Assembly: GCA_951406725.2 (NCBI GenBank)
Contig: OX597815.1
Coordinates: forward strand, 81,344,001 to 81,408,000
Source: Octopus vulgaris
Lineage: Eukaryota
Direction of reading: 5' to 3'
Length of the DNA: 64,000 nucleotides
In this document: positions 25,043 to 36,779 of the stretch, piece after piece
How positions within the stretch are numbered: the first letter of the stretch is position 1
How the letters are laid out: each line of letters starts with the position of its first letter
Translations under genes and position numbers: made by a program
The notes under the pieces: generated by a model
Database searches by the model: none
Seen by the model: the letters and a program-made list of their open reading frames with translations, nothing else
What the model was told of the DNA's origin: nothing

Positions 25043-26124
25043 GTGAGTATGTTCACTGCGTTGCTCCAGTCTCTTTGTATCTGGCCGTGCGTGCTTGTGT
25101 GTGTGTTGTCTCGCGGGTGGGTGTGTGTACGCACGCGTCTGTCTGTACCTTGTTGTTTCGTCAAAGGTGTTTGTGACCGTGATGATTTGTCATTTTGTAT
25201 ATAGTGAACACTCTTTTATTCAATGCAGCATTTGCATTTTACAAGACGGTATGGTATGGGTGTAAATTGAGGGAAGTGGGCTGCTATTTCTAGCACACCG
25301 AGCGACCTCGTTATCAGGGTTCCTTTTGCTTGACGTCTGTAGTTATGAACGTCTCTTTCTAATAACGGATTTTGTATCTCGTTAATGTGCAAGCACACGT
25401 ATACTTCTAATAATTGCGTTCACACACACACACACACACACATATACACATAGACAAATGCACACCTGTGTGTGTATACAATCGACTGATAACACGACGT
25501 GACTTTAGTCTTTCGTCCCCGTGTGTGTATGTACGCGCGTGCTTGTGCGTGTTGTATAAATGAAATACATGATTCTTTTGAGTACACACACACACGTGTG
25601 TGTGTTAAAAGAAGGTGGTGTTCACGACGGGGATGGTGATGGTGTCCCTCCTCCTCCTCGTAACAGTGTTACCCTGTCCATTCATCTACAGAAGCTGCAA
25701 AGCAAAGATGAACAACAGCAGCAGCAGCAAGAGCGGGAGTGAGAATAAACGAGTATGGGTGTGATGGGTAGACTATTGGAGAAGGATAAGGGAGGTACGT
25801 TATTGTGTGTGTGTATGTGTGTGTGTAGCGTGTGTGCAAAGAGATGGAGTATAAGAAGGAGAAAGAGGCTGTAAAAAAAAAAAAAAAAAAAGCGAAGGAA
25901 GTAACAAGTGTAGTAGAATGAGTAAGACTTAGTTATGAATGAAGGAAGGGGAGAGAAAAAAAAAGGGATAAGAAGCGAAAGACAGGGGAAGCTGAGAACG
26001 ACGGTGAAAGAGATGGTGAGAGAGAAAGAGAGAGAGATGTGATGGGGGGGGGGATTAGAGAAACAGAAGGTGAAAACAAAAACGTGTGCTAAAAAGCAAC
26101 GAGTAAGGAAGACTATAAAGAAAG

Positions 26125-26160
<36 letters not shown>

Positions 26161-26321
26161 GAATGGAACGAAAAGGAAGGTAAAGAGAAGTGTATTGTAA
26201 GATAAGTAGGAAATTAATGTTGAGTGACTAATTTAGAGGGGGTGAGTAAAGTATGGGAGAGACTGCAAGGAAGATGGAGCAGAAAAAAAGGGTAAGAGCG
26301 GGATAGTTTAGAAGAGAATGG

Positions 26322-26352
<31 letters not shown>

Positions 26353-27452
26353 GGATGCAAATATGAAAGTGATGGAGCGTGTGTGTCGGTGGTGTGAAAT
26401 AAAATATACATAGAGAAAAGGGAGTGGGTACATTTAAAAGATGGTAAACAGAGTGATGATTGTAACAGTGAAGGGGACAGAAACGGTAAAGTCGTTCCAG
26501 TATCCCGAAAAATGAGAAGGAAAGTGAACGTTACGATATATACATTCAAAAAGTGTGGAAGTAAAAACAAATAAAAAGAAAAGAAACGAAAGTAAGAAAA
26601 AGTAAAAGAATAAAGATTGAGAGAATCTGGAGAAAAAAAAATGAAAGGTATTCAAATATCCGGAAGAGACGAAAAAATTTTCATAGGAAAAATGAGAGAA
26701 AAGAACGATACATAGCTATAGTAGAGAGGGAGGGGGAGTATGAGAAAGAAATGGAAGGAGGAGGAGATGGGATGGCGATGAAGAAAAAAGGGGAGGAGTG
26801 TAGTAAAAGTAACGAAGGAGGAGGTAGAGATTTAGATTTTTAAAAAAACCCGTAAGATTGAAAAACGTGGTGGTGGGAGAAAGCTTGAAAAGAGGAGGAG
26901 TAACAAAAACAAAACACATGGGGAGGAGGAGGAGGAGACGGAAAAGATAAGAGAAATAAACCGGTGTAGGAGGAAAAGTAAGAGTAAGTTGCAGGAAGAG
27001 GAGGAAATTCTGCTTGCGTGGAAATCTTATTTGTGGAGTTATTTTCGCGGGTGTGCTTCCGTGAGTACATACGTTCGTATGATGCGTATATGCGTGTGTG
27101 TATGTGTATGTTAAATACATTTTTCACGTATAAAATATTGTATGTACGCGAATATAATGTGTGTGTGCATAGAAATGCAATGTACCTGAGTACCTGCACA
27201 TGTGTACAGAATGCATAGAAATGCATTTCTATGGTATACACGTTATATTTTGCACGCATCATATTTTACGAGTGTGTACATGTGTGTGTGTGTATATACG
27301 CACACACGTGTGTATGTTTATATATATATATATACACAAATATATAACAATATATACATAAAACATGAATAAATACACACATGCATGTATATTATGAGTG
27401 TAAATATATGCATATAAACATAATCACACACATTTCGTGGATGTGTGCATAT

Positions 27453-28066
27453 AGGCGCAGGAGCGGCTGTGTGGTAAGTCGAGCTAGCAGAATCGTTAGC
27501 AGGTCGGGCGAAATGCTTAGCGGTATTTCGTCTGCCGTTACGTTGTGAGTTCAAATTCCGCCGAGGTCGACTTTGCCTTTCATCCTTTCGGGGTCGATAA
27601 ATTAAGTACCAGTTAAGCACTGGGGTCGATATAATCGACTTAATACCTATGTCTGTCCATGTTTGTCCCCTCTATGTTCAGCCCCTTGTGGGTAATAAAG
27701 AAATAGGTAAGTAGCTTGCTTATCAACCACATGGTTCCGGGTTCAGTCCCACTGCGTGGCACTTTGGGCAAGTGTCTTCTACTATAGCCTCGGGCCGACC
27801 AAAGCCTTGTGAGTGGATTTAGTAGACGGAAACTGAAAGAAGCCTGTCGTATATATATATATATATATGTATATATATGTGTGTGTGTGTCTGTGTTTGT
27901 CCCCCGCTGGTATGTTTACGTCCCCGTTACATAGCGGTTCGGCAAAAGAGACCGATAGAATAAGTACTAGGCTTACAAAGAATAAGTCCTGGGGTCGATT
28001 TGCTCGACTAATAAAGGCGGTGCTCCAGCATGCCCGCAGTCAAATGACTGAAACAAGTAAAAGAGA
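27453..28066 (+). mobile_element. Main tRNA-derived SINE, full length, interrupted by a second SINE
   Basis: Head AGGCGCAGGAGCGGCTGTGTGGTAAG (A box) and GGTTCAGTCC (B box), then TTGGGCAAGTGTCTT, an internal (AT)/(GT) tract, and tail GGCGGTGCTCCAGCATGCCCGCAGTCAAATGACTGAAACAAGTAAAAGAG. Confidence 0.9.
27480..27705 (+). mobile_element. Meta-domain-type tRNA SINE with 7-bp target site duplication
   Basis: B box GAGTTCAAATTCC and central GACTTTGCCTTTCATCCTTTCGGGGTCGATAAATTAAGTACC (MetaSINE-like domain). Flanked by GGTAAGT at 27473-27479 and 27706-27712. Confidence 0.88.
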
Positions 28067-28166
28067 AAAAAAAAAGAGAACAAGATATATATATATATAT
28101 ATATATATTACGGAGATGTACTCGCATAGCAAGTAATTTGATCTGAGATCGTGTGCTGAAACGAAA

Positions 28167-29196
28167 ACAATAGACTACCCCTCTAGACACCCCAGTAAAC
28201 GATTACCCGTCCTAGATACTGAGCTATGGATGGAAGACGCTATAGTTAATGGTACCATTAAACCATGTATACTCCACTCACACTATCAGAAACCGATGGC
28301 TAATCCACTAGTAATCCGTAGTGACTCAGCTGTGTCGGATACTGCCAAACTCAACATCCTAGTGGCAGACTTAGTTAGAGTAATGAGGAATGTATCACCA
28401 CTATGCCAACCACAAGAACGACAACAACACATCCAGCACTACATATTCCGAATGCAACGTTCCGGATACACACAAGACGATAGAGTCAGGGTGTACAAAG
28501 GAGCGAAAGCTAGATTCGAACGCATTCTAGGGAACGACGAAAACGGTATATGCCCCCTGTACCGCAACAAGTTCTGGAATAGGTTAGAGAGGGACACCAA
28601 CAAAAAGATGAGAAACGTTACTTGGTACGATAACAGGAGATTTCACGGAGTGATGTTCGTTGACGCCACACCTATGAACGAGCTAAGTAAGGCATTCAAG
28701 AAAGTCCTGCGCACTACGGGCCTAAAAGTTAAAGTTGTAAGAAAAGACAGGTAGGACTATCAAATCGGCATTATGCAGATCATATCCATTTGATAGAATC
28801 ACCTGTCAGAGTAATTGTGCAGTGTGTTCGACAAATCCACACGTAAATTGTAAAACCAAGGGCACTGTATACCAGATTAAGTGCCAGGAGGGAGCTTGCG
28901 CGGCTAACCCGGAGTCATACATAGGTGAGACCTCTAGAAGCATCAATGATAGGTTCAAAGAACACCTGGACAACTACATTGAAAGGAAGCCAAACTCCAT
29001 CTTCTACCAACATGCTGTAGACTGCCACAAGGGTTCCTTAGGGGAGCTTAAGTTGAACATCCTATCTACACATCCCACCGATGCAATGTTGAGACAGGTC
29101 ACAGAAGCTGTTTGTATACAAGAATACAAACCTACTCTCAACCGAAAGTCCGAATGGAATAACATCCAGATCCCATTCAGAAGGACTATTCTATAA
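28167..29196 (+). pseudogene. PLE ORF fragment: RT thumb, Cys-rich linker, GIY-YIG endonuclease; one frameshift near 28740
   Basis: TIDYPSRHPSKRLPVLDTELW, HYQKPMANPLVIRSDSA, MFVDATP, then after the shift EKTGRTIKSALCRSYPF..CQSNCAVC..NCKTKGTVYQIKC..YIGETSRSINDRFKEH..RQVTEAVCI..LNRKSEW. These motifs resemble the Naiad clade. Confidence 0.9.
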
Positions 29197-30176
29197 CCAC
29201 CCCTCTCTCTCTCTCCCTTTCACCTGTAGTCCTTACATACAGGTTGCAATGCGTATGTGCAGTTATATACAACGGTATGAGCAGACGTTGTTTGATACGA
29301 ACAGTCGCACCTAGGCGTTGTACCCATTCACGGTTAGACGACGATGAGAGGAACAAACACACACCCACACACATATATATATATGTGTGTGCGTCTATAC
29401 AAACATATATGTAAATATGTATACAACCTTCAGCTAAGTAACAGTCATGTACACAACTTGGACGGACACATGCCAGTACACGGACATACGTTCACATACA
29501 CATACACATGTACACACTCTCACGGACACATCTGCCCATTCTCCTAGACACTCACATACATACGTAGCACATGAATACAAACATACATACATACCTACGT
29601 ATGGGCATACACACGTACATACGCACGTACATGTACACACACACATACATGGGCACATGCATACGGGCGCGTATACATACATACGCACATGCGTACGTAT
29701 GTACATACATACATACATACATACATACATACATACATACATACATACATACATACATACATACATACATACGCACATACATACATACATACGAACAATA
29801 GTAAAACATTAGTTCTGTGATATAGAGATAAAAATCTGATAATAGATTTTAGGGTATAGTTCTTGTGAGCAAGCGTCATAAATTCACTTTCTAGCCTCGG
29901 CCGTAGGGAGTTGAAATTTGATAGCGTTGTGATGAGTGGTCACTCTACATCCATCCATCGCTACAGGTTTATAACTTTATGTTTTATAGAGTGTATGTGC
30001 GTGCTTATACACACACATACATATATACATACATACATACATACATGCATACACAGGCGTATGTGCGGACATGAATACGTACATACATACACACATGTAT
30101 GCATACATGCACACATACATACGTACATACATATATATGACGAACTAACTGTTACTTTCTTAGATGCAGCACGGAC

Positions 30177-30226
30177 TTTGTCAGTGAACAGGTCGCGGAT
30201 TTTAGCGACGAAAATATTTTGACAAA
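30177..30226 (+). ncRNA. Minimal type I hammerhead ribozyme, G3-C8 core variant
   Basis: Stem I UUUGUCA/UGACAAA (7 bp), core GUGAACA, one extra G, stem II GUCGC/GCGAC, GAAA, palindromic stem III AAUAUU. Predicted cleavage after 30219. Confidence 0.78.
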
Positions 30227-30303
30227 TTAAACTTAAATGTTGGAGTGAATCGAACGGCTTTTGTGTGTTTCTTAAATGGCTTATAAACACCTCCCACGCT
30301 GCA

Positions 30304-30366
<63 letters not shown>

Positions 30367-30739
30367 CCACGGATTTTCAGACAGAATACACTTCGAATGT
30401 GTTTGGAAAGAGAAAGGTTGCAAAACTATAAATTTTCATCGGAAAAATCCAGATTAACGTTGATAGGGTTTGAAGATGAAGAGAATAAAAGATATAGAGA
30501 GGGAAATGAATGCCTCTGAGAAATAAAAGAAAAGGGTTAAAGAACTGATAGTGTGTATGTGATGGTATTCACTGGAAAGTAAATGAAGAAAGTGAGTGAA
30601 CGAGGGAGGAGAGGAACAAGAAGATAGGTAACCAGGGAGTGATGATTGCCTGCGTCTGACTGACAAAGTAGACAAATGGATAGACGGGCTGCTGTATAAA
30701 GACGCACACACACACGTATATTTGTGTGTTAGTAAATAT

Positions 30740-30794
30740 ATAGTCTATATGATATATATATATATATTGTCTATATGATATATATAGTCTATAT

Positions 30795-30828
<34 letters not shown>

Positions 30829-31073
30829 CTATATGATATATATATATATATATATATATAGTCTATATGATATATATATATATATATAGTCTATATGATA
30901 TATAAATATATAGTCTATATGATATATATATATATACTGTCTATATGATATATAAATATATAGTCTATATGATATATATATATATACTGTCTATATGATA
31001 TATAAATATATAGTCTATATGATATATATATATATATACTGTCTATATGATATATAAATATATAGTCTATATG

Positions 31074-31129
<56 letters not shown>

Positions 31130-31242
31130 TGTCTATATGATATATATATATATACTGTCTATATGATATATATATATATATACTGTCTATATGATATATA
31201 TATATATATATTGTCTATATGATATATATATATATATATTGT

Positions 31243-31301
<59 letters not shown>

Positions 31302-31308
31302 CTATATG

Positions 31309-31339
<31 letters not shown>

Positions 31340-31376
31340 CTATATGATATATATATATATATATATATATATTGTC

Positions 31377-31465
<89 letters not shown>

Positions 31466-31631
31466 ATATGATATATATATATATATATATAGTCTATATA
31501 TATATATATATATATATAGTCTATATGATATATATATATATATATAGTCTATATGATATATATATATATATATAGTCTATATATATATATATATATATAT
31601 AGTCTATATGATATATATATATATATATATA

Positions 31632-31668
<37 letters not shown>

Positions 31669-31959
31669 ATATGATATATATATATATATATATTGTTTAT
31701 ATGATATATATATATTGTCTATATGATATATATATATAGTCTATATGATATATATATATATATATATTGTTTATATGATATATATATATTGTCTATATGA
31801 TATATATATATTGTCTATATGATATATATATATTGTCTATATGATATATATATATATATATATTGTTTATATGATATATATATATATTGTTTATATGATA
31901 TATATATATATTGTTTATATGATATATATATATATTGTTTATATGATATATATATATAT

Positions 31960-31997
<38 letters not shown>

Positions 31998-32152
31998 CTA
32001 TATGATATATATATATATATATTGTCTATATGATATATATATATATATTGTCTATATGATATATATATATATATTGTCTATATGATATATATATATATAT
32101 TGTCTATATGATATATATATATATATTGTCTATATGATATATATATATATAT
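30740..32152. repeat. Punctuated tandem array: GTCTATATGA core separated by variable-length (AT)n
   Basis: Dozens of units of the form (A/CT/TT)GT(C/T)TATATGA(TA)n are directly visible. Confidence 0.95.
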
Positions 32153-32158
32153 TAAATT

Positions 32159-32376
32159 GAGATAAAACCACTATTAAGCAAATCAAACAATGAAAAACAT
32201 AAGCCAATACATAAAATTATTAATTTATATTATTTTAAATATATATCAAAAGTATTAAAAGTTTAATAATAAACTTTTAATACTTTTGATATATATTTAA
32301 AATAATATAAATTAATAATTTTATGTATTGGCTTATGTTTTTCATTGTTTGATTTGCTTAATAGTGGTTTTATCTC
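32159..32376. repeat. Perfect palindrome with 107-bp arms and a 4-nt spacer
   Basis: 32159-32265 is the reverse complement of 32270-32376; the spacer is ATAA at 32266-32269. Confidence 0.95.
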
Positions 32377-32483
32377 TAATTTAATATAATATAATATAAT
32401 ATATAATATATTTATACTATAAAATTGGATTTAATCTTAAATCTGATTTTTCCCTGTAAGTTTGGATTTATTCCCTAATATTT

Positions 32484-32523
<40 letters not shown>

Positions 32524-33220
32524 AAGCAGCACCCCAGATGACCGCTGTCCAGTGACTGCAATAAAAAGATGTGTGTGTGTAAGTGGAAAGAGAGATGTTT
32601 ACACTCGGATGACTACGTGAAAAAATAATGTCTAAAAGGGGAAAGAAGAAAGAAAATAAGGATGTGGGTAACAGAAAAGAAGACGGAGGCGCTAGCGGTG
32701 GGAGCATGGTGAAGAGATGATGTTGGAAATATTGCAGAATACACACAATATTGTGAACACACACAAAACATAGTCACGCATACATCCATCCATCGGAAAG
32801 AAAAGAAGAGAGAAATACGAATGGCAAGCAGAACTGATGGAATGAATGACAAGCCGGTAGAAATAAAGGAAGGGAGCATAGTACGTTTTGGAAGAATTGA
32901 AATAGTGAGAGATTAGATAAAAGGTGAAGTGAGGATCGACGTGGTTGGTTTGAGAACCAATGAAAATAATTATAAGAGAGACCAAACCTAAGAGGGAAAG
33001 AATGGTGGTATTGCAGTCAGAGTCATCGCCGTTTTTTTTTTTTTTTTTTAATGATCTTTCTTTCCTTCCTCAAGACGGCAGGGTTTGATTCGAGAGATAT
33101 TCGGCTGCTTTCTCTGGTATATCAAGCTTCCACGCGAAGGCTCCCTTGTATGGGTGACGGTGCTAGTGGTAAAGAATTAAGATAGAACGACAACAATTTA
33201 TTTTCTTAATTAAATAAACC

Positions 33221-33580
33221 GGCGTGGTCGTGTGGTAAGAAACTTGCTTCGCATACCACATAGTTCTGGGTTCAGTCTCACAGCATGGCACCTTGGGAAA
33301 GTGTCTTCTAGCATAACCCCCAGCCTTGGGAGTAGATTTCGTAGACAGAAACTGATATACCCGGTGTGTGTGTGTGTGTGTGAGTGCACATTTACATGTA
33401 GTTGTGCATGTCTGCTCAGCATTTGTCCACCACCACCGCTTGATAACCGATGCTGCTTTGTTTATGTTCCCATAGCAGTTTGGCATAAGTGACTGACAGA
33501 ATAAGTACTGGGATGGAGTCGTTCGGCTTAAAACCTTCAAGGCGGTGCCCCAGCATGGCTGCAGCCAAATGACTGAAAAC
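33221..33580 (+). mobile_element. Main SINE family, diverged full-length copy
   Basis: GTGGTCGTGTGGTAAGAAACTTGC, GGGTTCAGTC, CCTTGGGAAAGTGTCTTCT, and tail GGCGGTGCCCCAGCATGGCTGCAGCCAAATGACTGAAA. Confidence 0.85.
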
Positions 33581-33999
33581 TCAGAACCAAATCCACTCCA
33601 ATCTGTATTACCAATATTCTCTAAAAAAATTTCGAATAACTGATCATATTGGAGTTATCTCCCATGTATAGTTTCTTTCCTCAGATCTTAAACACCTATA
33701 CAGGAAGGTTTTGTCTATAAATTACTTAGATAATCACAGGTAAGCGAAGTTTTTTTTTACCTTATTTATATTACATTAGTAAGATCCTACCGTTTCTGTT
33801 ACTCAGCGATTCGACAGAGATTGATAAAATAAGAATCGCTTTAAAATATTTTTGGTCTTTGAGAAAGGCATTAGCATCCCACTTTGTTTTTTCACATAAA
33901 TGCATGGCTTCTTAGTTCGCTAATTAAACGATTACAATCTGTATCCTATTTTCTTTAAGCAGTTCGGTTTAATTATCAGGATAAAAAAGGTAAAAAAAA

Positions 34000-34060
34000 A
34001 AAGTAAATAATAGAGAAAAAGGTAATGGAGAAAGAGAAAGAATGCACAGAGAGAACGAGA

Positions 34061-34098
<38 letters not shown>

Positions 34099-35342
34099 GG
34101 ATGGATGGATGGATGGATGGATGGATGGATGGATGGATGGGTGGGTGGGTGGGTAGATAGATAGGTAGATAGATAGGTAGATAGATAGGTAGATAGATAG
34201 ATGGATGGATGAATGGGCGGGCGGGTGGGTGTTAGAGAGAAAACTGAAATATATGAATGGTTAAAATATAAAATATAATAAAGCAGTAGAATATGAGAAA
34301 TCAATTATCGTAGATCGAACGTGAGAAGGAAAGAAAAATAGACATTTAGTGAAGAGAAAGAAGGCGTGAGAAAAGCGTGTGAGAGAGAGAGAGAGAAGTG
34401 GAGGACAGAGGAAGAAAAAAGGACACATTTCGTGTGTGAAAGTGAGAGAGGATGACACGTGGATGTGTGTACAGTTGTGGGTGTATACGAAACAGTGAGA
34501 AAGATAAAAAACAAACGATTGTGTGTGTGTATAAAGAGAGAGAATGAAAAGATAGGAGAATGAAAAAGGAAATATACATGTGTTTTGGAGAGGGAGACTA
34601 TGAGAGAATAAAAGAGAGAGAGTGAGAGATTAAGTGAGTGAAGAAGAAATGAACTAACAGGAAAATGGAAAGTATGCAGGAGGAAGAGTGTGAGGAGTGA
34701 GAAAGAAAGAAAGAAAGAAAGGAGGAAATACAAAGAGAGAGGTAGATCGAAAGCGTGTTATTGAGAGAAGATGAAAGTAAGAGGGTATTTGATTGTTTTG
34801 GGAGGAAAACAAAAACAGTTTAGTGAAACAAGGAGAGAGAGAGAGAGAGAGAGAGAGAGCAAAGAGAATTGAGAGAAAGAGCGAGAGCAAAGAGAATTGA
34901 GAGAGAGAGAGTCAAAGAATGAGAGAATGGGTGAAAATGAAAATGATAGAAAAAAGAAAATCTGGGAGCGATAGCTTGACAAAAATAAAGAAAGAGACCA
35001 TCGAAAGATTTTGAGAGAGAGAGAGAAAGAGAGAGACAGAGAATGAAGAATATTCAATGAGAAACGGCGAAAAAAATCAAAGAGAGGATGGGAGGAAAGA
35101 GTAAAACGTATGATAATGAAAATTGCGAGAGAGATGAATCGACAGCAGCACAAATGATAAATGCAGTGCTCGCAATCGAACGAAACTCTGAGAAAGAGAG
35201 AGAGAGAGAGAGAGAGAATGGAAATAGTCAATAAGAGGATGGGCGATCGAAAACGTCGTTGTGGACGAAAGAGCGAGAGAGAGAGAGCGCGAGAGAAAGA
35301 TAATAAGTGAAAGAGTAAGAGCCAAAAAACTAAAGCTATTGC

Positions 35343-35385
<43 letters not shown>

Positions 35386-35400
35386 AGGATGGCTGTGTAA
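34000..35400. repeat. Purine-rich low-complexity tract with (GATA)/(GATG)/(GGGT) and (GA)n repeats
   Basis: Direct inspection. A similar purine tract lies at about 25850-27000. Confidence 0.85.
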
Positions 35401-36382
35401 ATGGAAGGAGAAAGTGCTTGGCAAGCTTGACCCTGTTATATTAGTAAAAGCACTACTGACATGAATCGAGGAATATTTTGCAAGTAGCGCTATTTAACTA
35501 GGCGTATCATCAAGCTAGCAGCCAGAGCAGCAGCTAACGCAAGCTAGAACGAAGCGGCTGAAAGAGATAATAAGGAAGGTGGAACCGAAATGGCCAAACG
35601 GCGATAGAGAATTACAGAAGGAGGGAATCTAGCTGAACTGCTGTAGTTTAGTTTTTGTTTAGATGAGGTTTTACACTTCTTTTTTTTTTTTTTTTTAATT
35701 TACTTATTTATTTTTTGGCAAATAATATTCTACCATTATTGTTTTACGGTTCACTTTCGAGTGTGTTTACATAGTTACACACTCACACGCGCGCGTATCA
35801 ACGAGAAAAAAGTATTCATCAGAACATGTAGAAGTCGCATCGCGAAACTCGGAGTGACGCGCAATGAAGCTCCAGTATCGAATAAGCATAGGTATATATG
35901 TAAGGTGGAAGAACAGTAGTAAACAATTTTACCGTTCATTCATTCTTTTATATTGGAATTGCAAAAGAAACCTTTAAAAGAAACGTTAGATCACCTAAAG
36001 AGACCAAATGCCATGTAGTATATTTAGTTACGTCCCTTTATGGTTTCAATTATAATTCTGTGAGGCTCAAGTTTTTTCATTTTGGCAATCAAATCGTTTT
36101 TCCTCATAGCGGCGATGGCGCAACTATGAGGACTGAAAAAAGGGTGGGACGGACAAATTGCATGTTTTTCAAATTGCTTTAACTTGCCCAACATCATGGC
36201 TATGAAAAGTTTGGATGCAAACAATATTTTATCTTCTTAATAAAAAGAGGGGCGTTGAAAATTTTCCCTAATACCTTGTTGGTAGCGGAGGAACTGGTAT
36301 TTCTCAGGATGAGAACAACTAACTAAATTGACTATCACCCACCCTAATACGTGGTCTCAATGATAATATTATTTTACACAAT

Positions 36383-36779
36383 ACTCTTTACTCTTTTACT
36401 TGTTTCAGTCATTTGACTGCGGCCATGCTGGAGCACCACCTTTAATCGAGCAACTCGACCCCGGGACTTATTCTTTTGTAAGCCCAGTACTTATTCTATA
36501 GGTCTCTTTTGCCGAACCGCTAAGTGACGGGGACGTAAACACACCAGCATCGGTTGTTAAGCAATGCTAGGGGGACAAACACAGACACACAAACGCACAC
36601 ACACATATATATATACGACAGGCTTCTTTCAGTTTCCGTCTACCAAATCCACTCACAAGGCATTGGTCGGCCCGGGGCTATAGCAGAAGACACTTGCCCA
36701 AGATGCCACGCAGTGGGACTGAACCCGGAACCATGTGGTTCGTAAGCAAGCTACTTACCACACAGCCACTCCTGCGCCT
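36383..36779 (-). mobile_element. Main SINE family, full-length young copy
   Basis: The reverse complement runs from AGGCGCAGGAGTGGCTGTGTGGTAAGTAGCTTGC through GGTTCAGTCCCACTGCG to GGTGGTGCTCCAGCATGGCCGCAGTCAAATGACTGAAACAAGTAAAAGAGTAAAGAG. Confidence 0.93.

Larger units (their letters stand above)
28108..30308 (+). mobile_element. 5'-truncated Penelope-like retroelement, Naiad-like, inserted in (AT)n
   Basis: RT C-terminus and GIY-YIG coding region, a (CATA)n-rich 3' region, a terminal hammerhead, and (AT)n on both flanks. Confidence 0.85.

Noticed and set aside
27453-27560. tRNA genes suggested by A and B boxes
   Set aside because: They are SINE heads: no cloverleaf, and each continues into a multi-copy SINE body.
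28740-29400. Selenocysteine recoding, reported for some Naiad elements
   Set aside because: The linker and endonuclease cysteines retained here are TGT/TGC with no in-frame TGA, and I saw no convincing SECIS. The missing 5' part cannot be judged; SECISearch on the 3' region would settle it.
30740-32152. Repeat-spacer pattern reminiscent of a CRISPR array
   Set aside because: Spacers are only (AT)n, the core is 10 bp, the context is eukaryotic and there are no cas genes.
35823-35891. Candidate 69-nt plus-strand exon in a CpG-rich island
   Set aside because: No polypyrimidine tract, a weak donor (GTATAT), and a stop in the frame that would follow the 25042 phase-1 donor.
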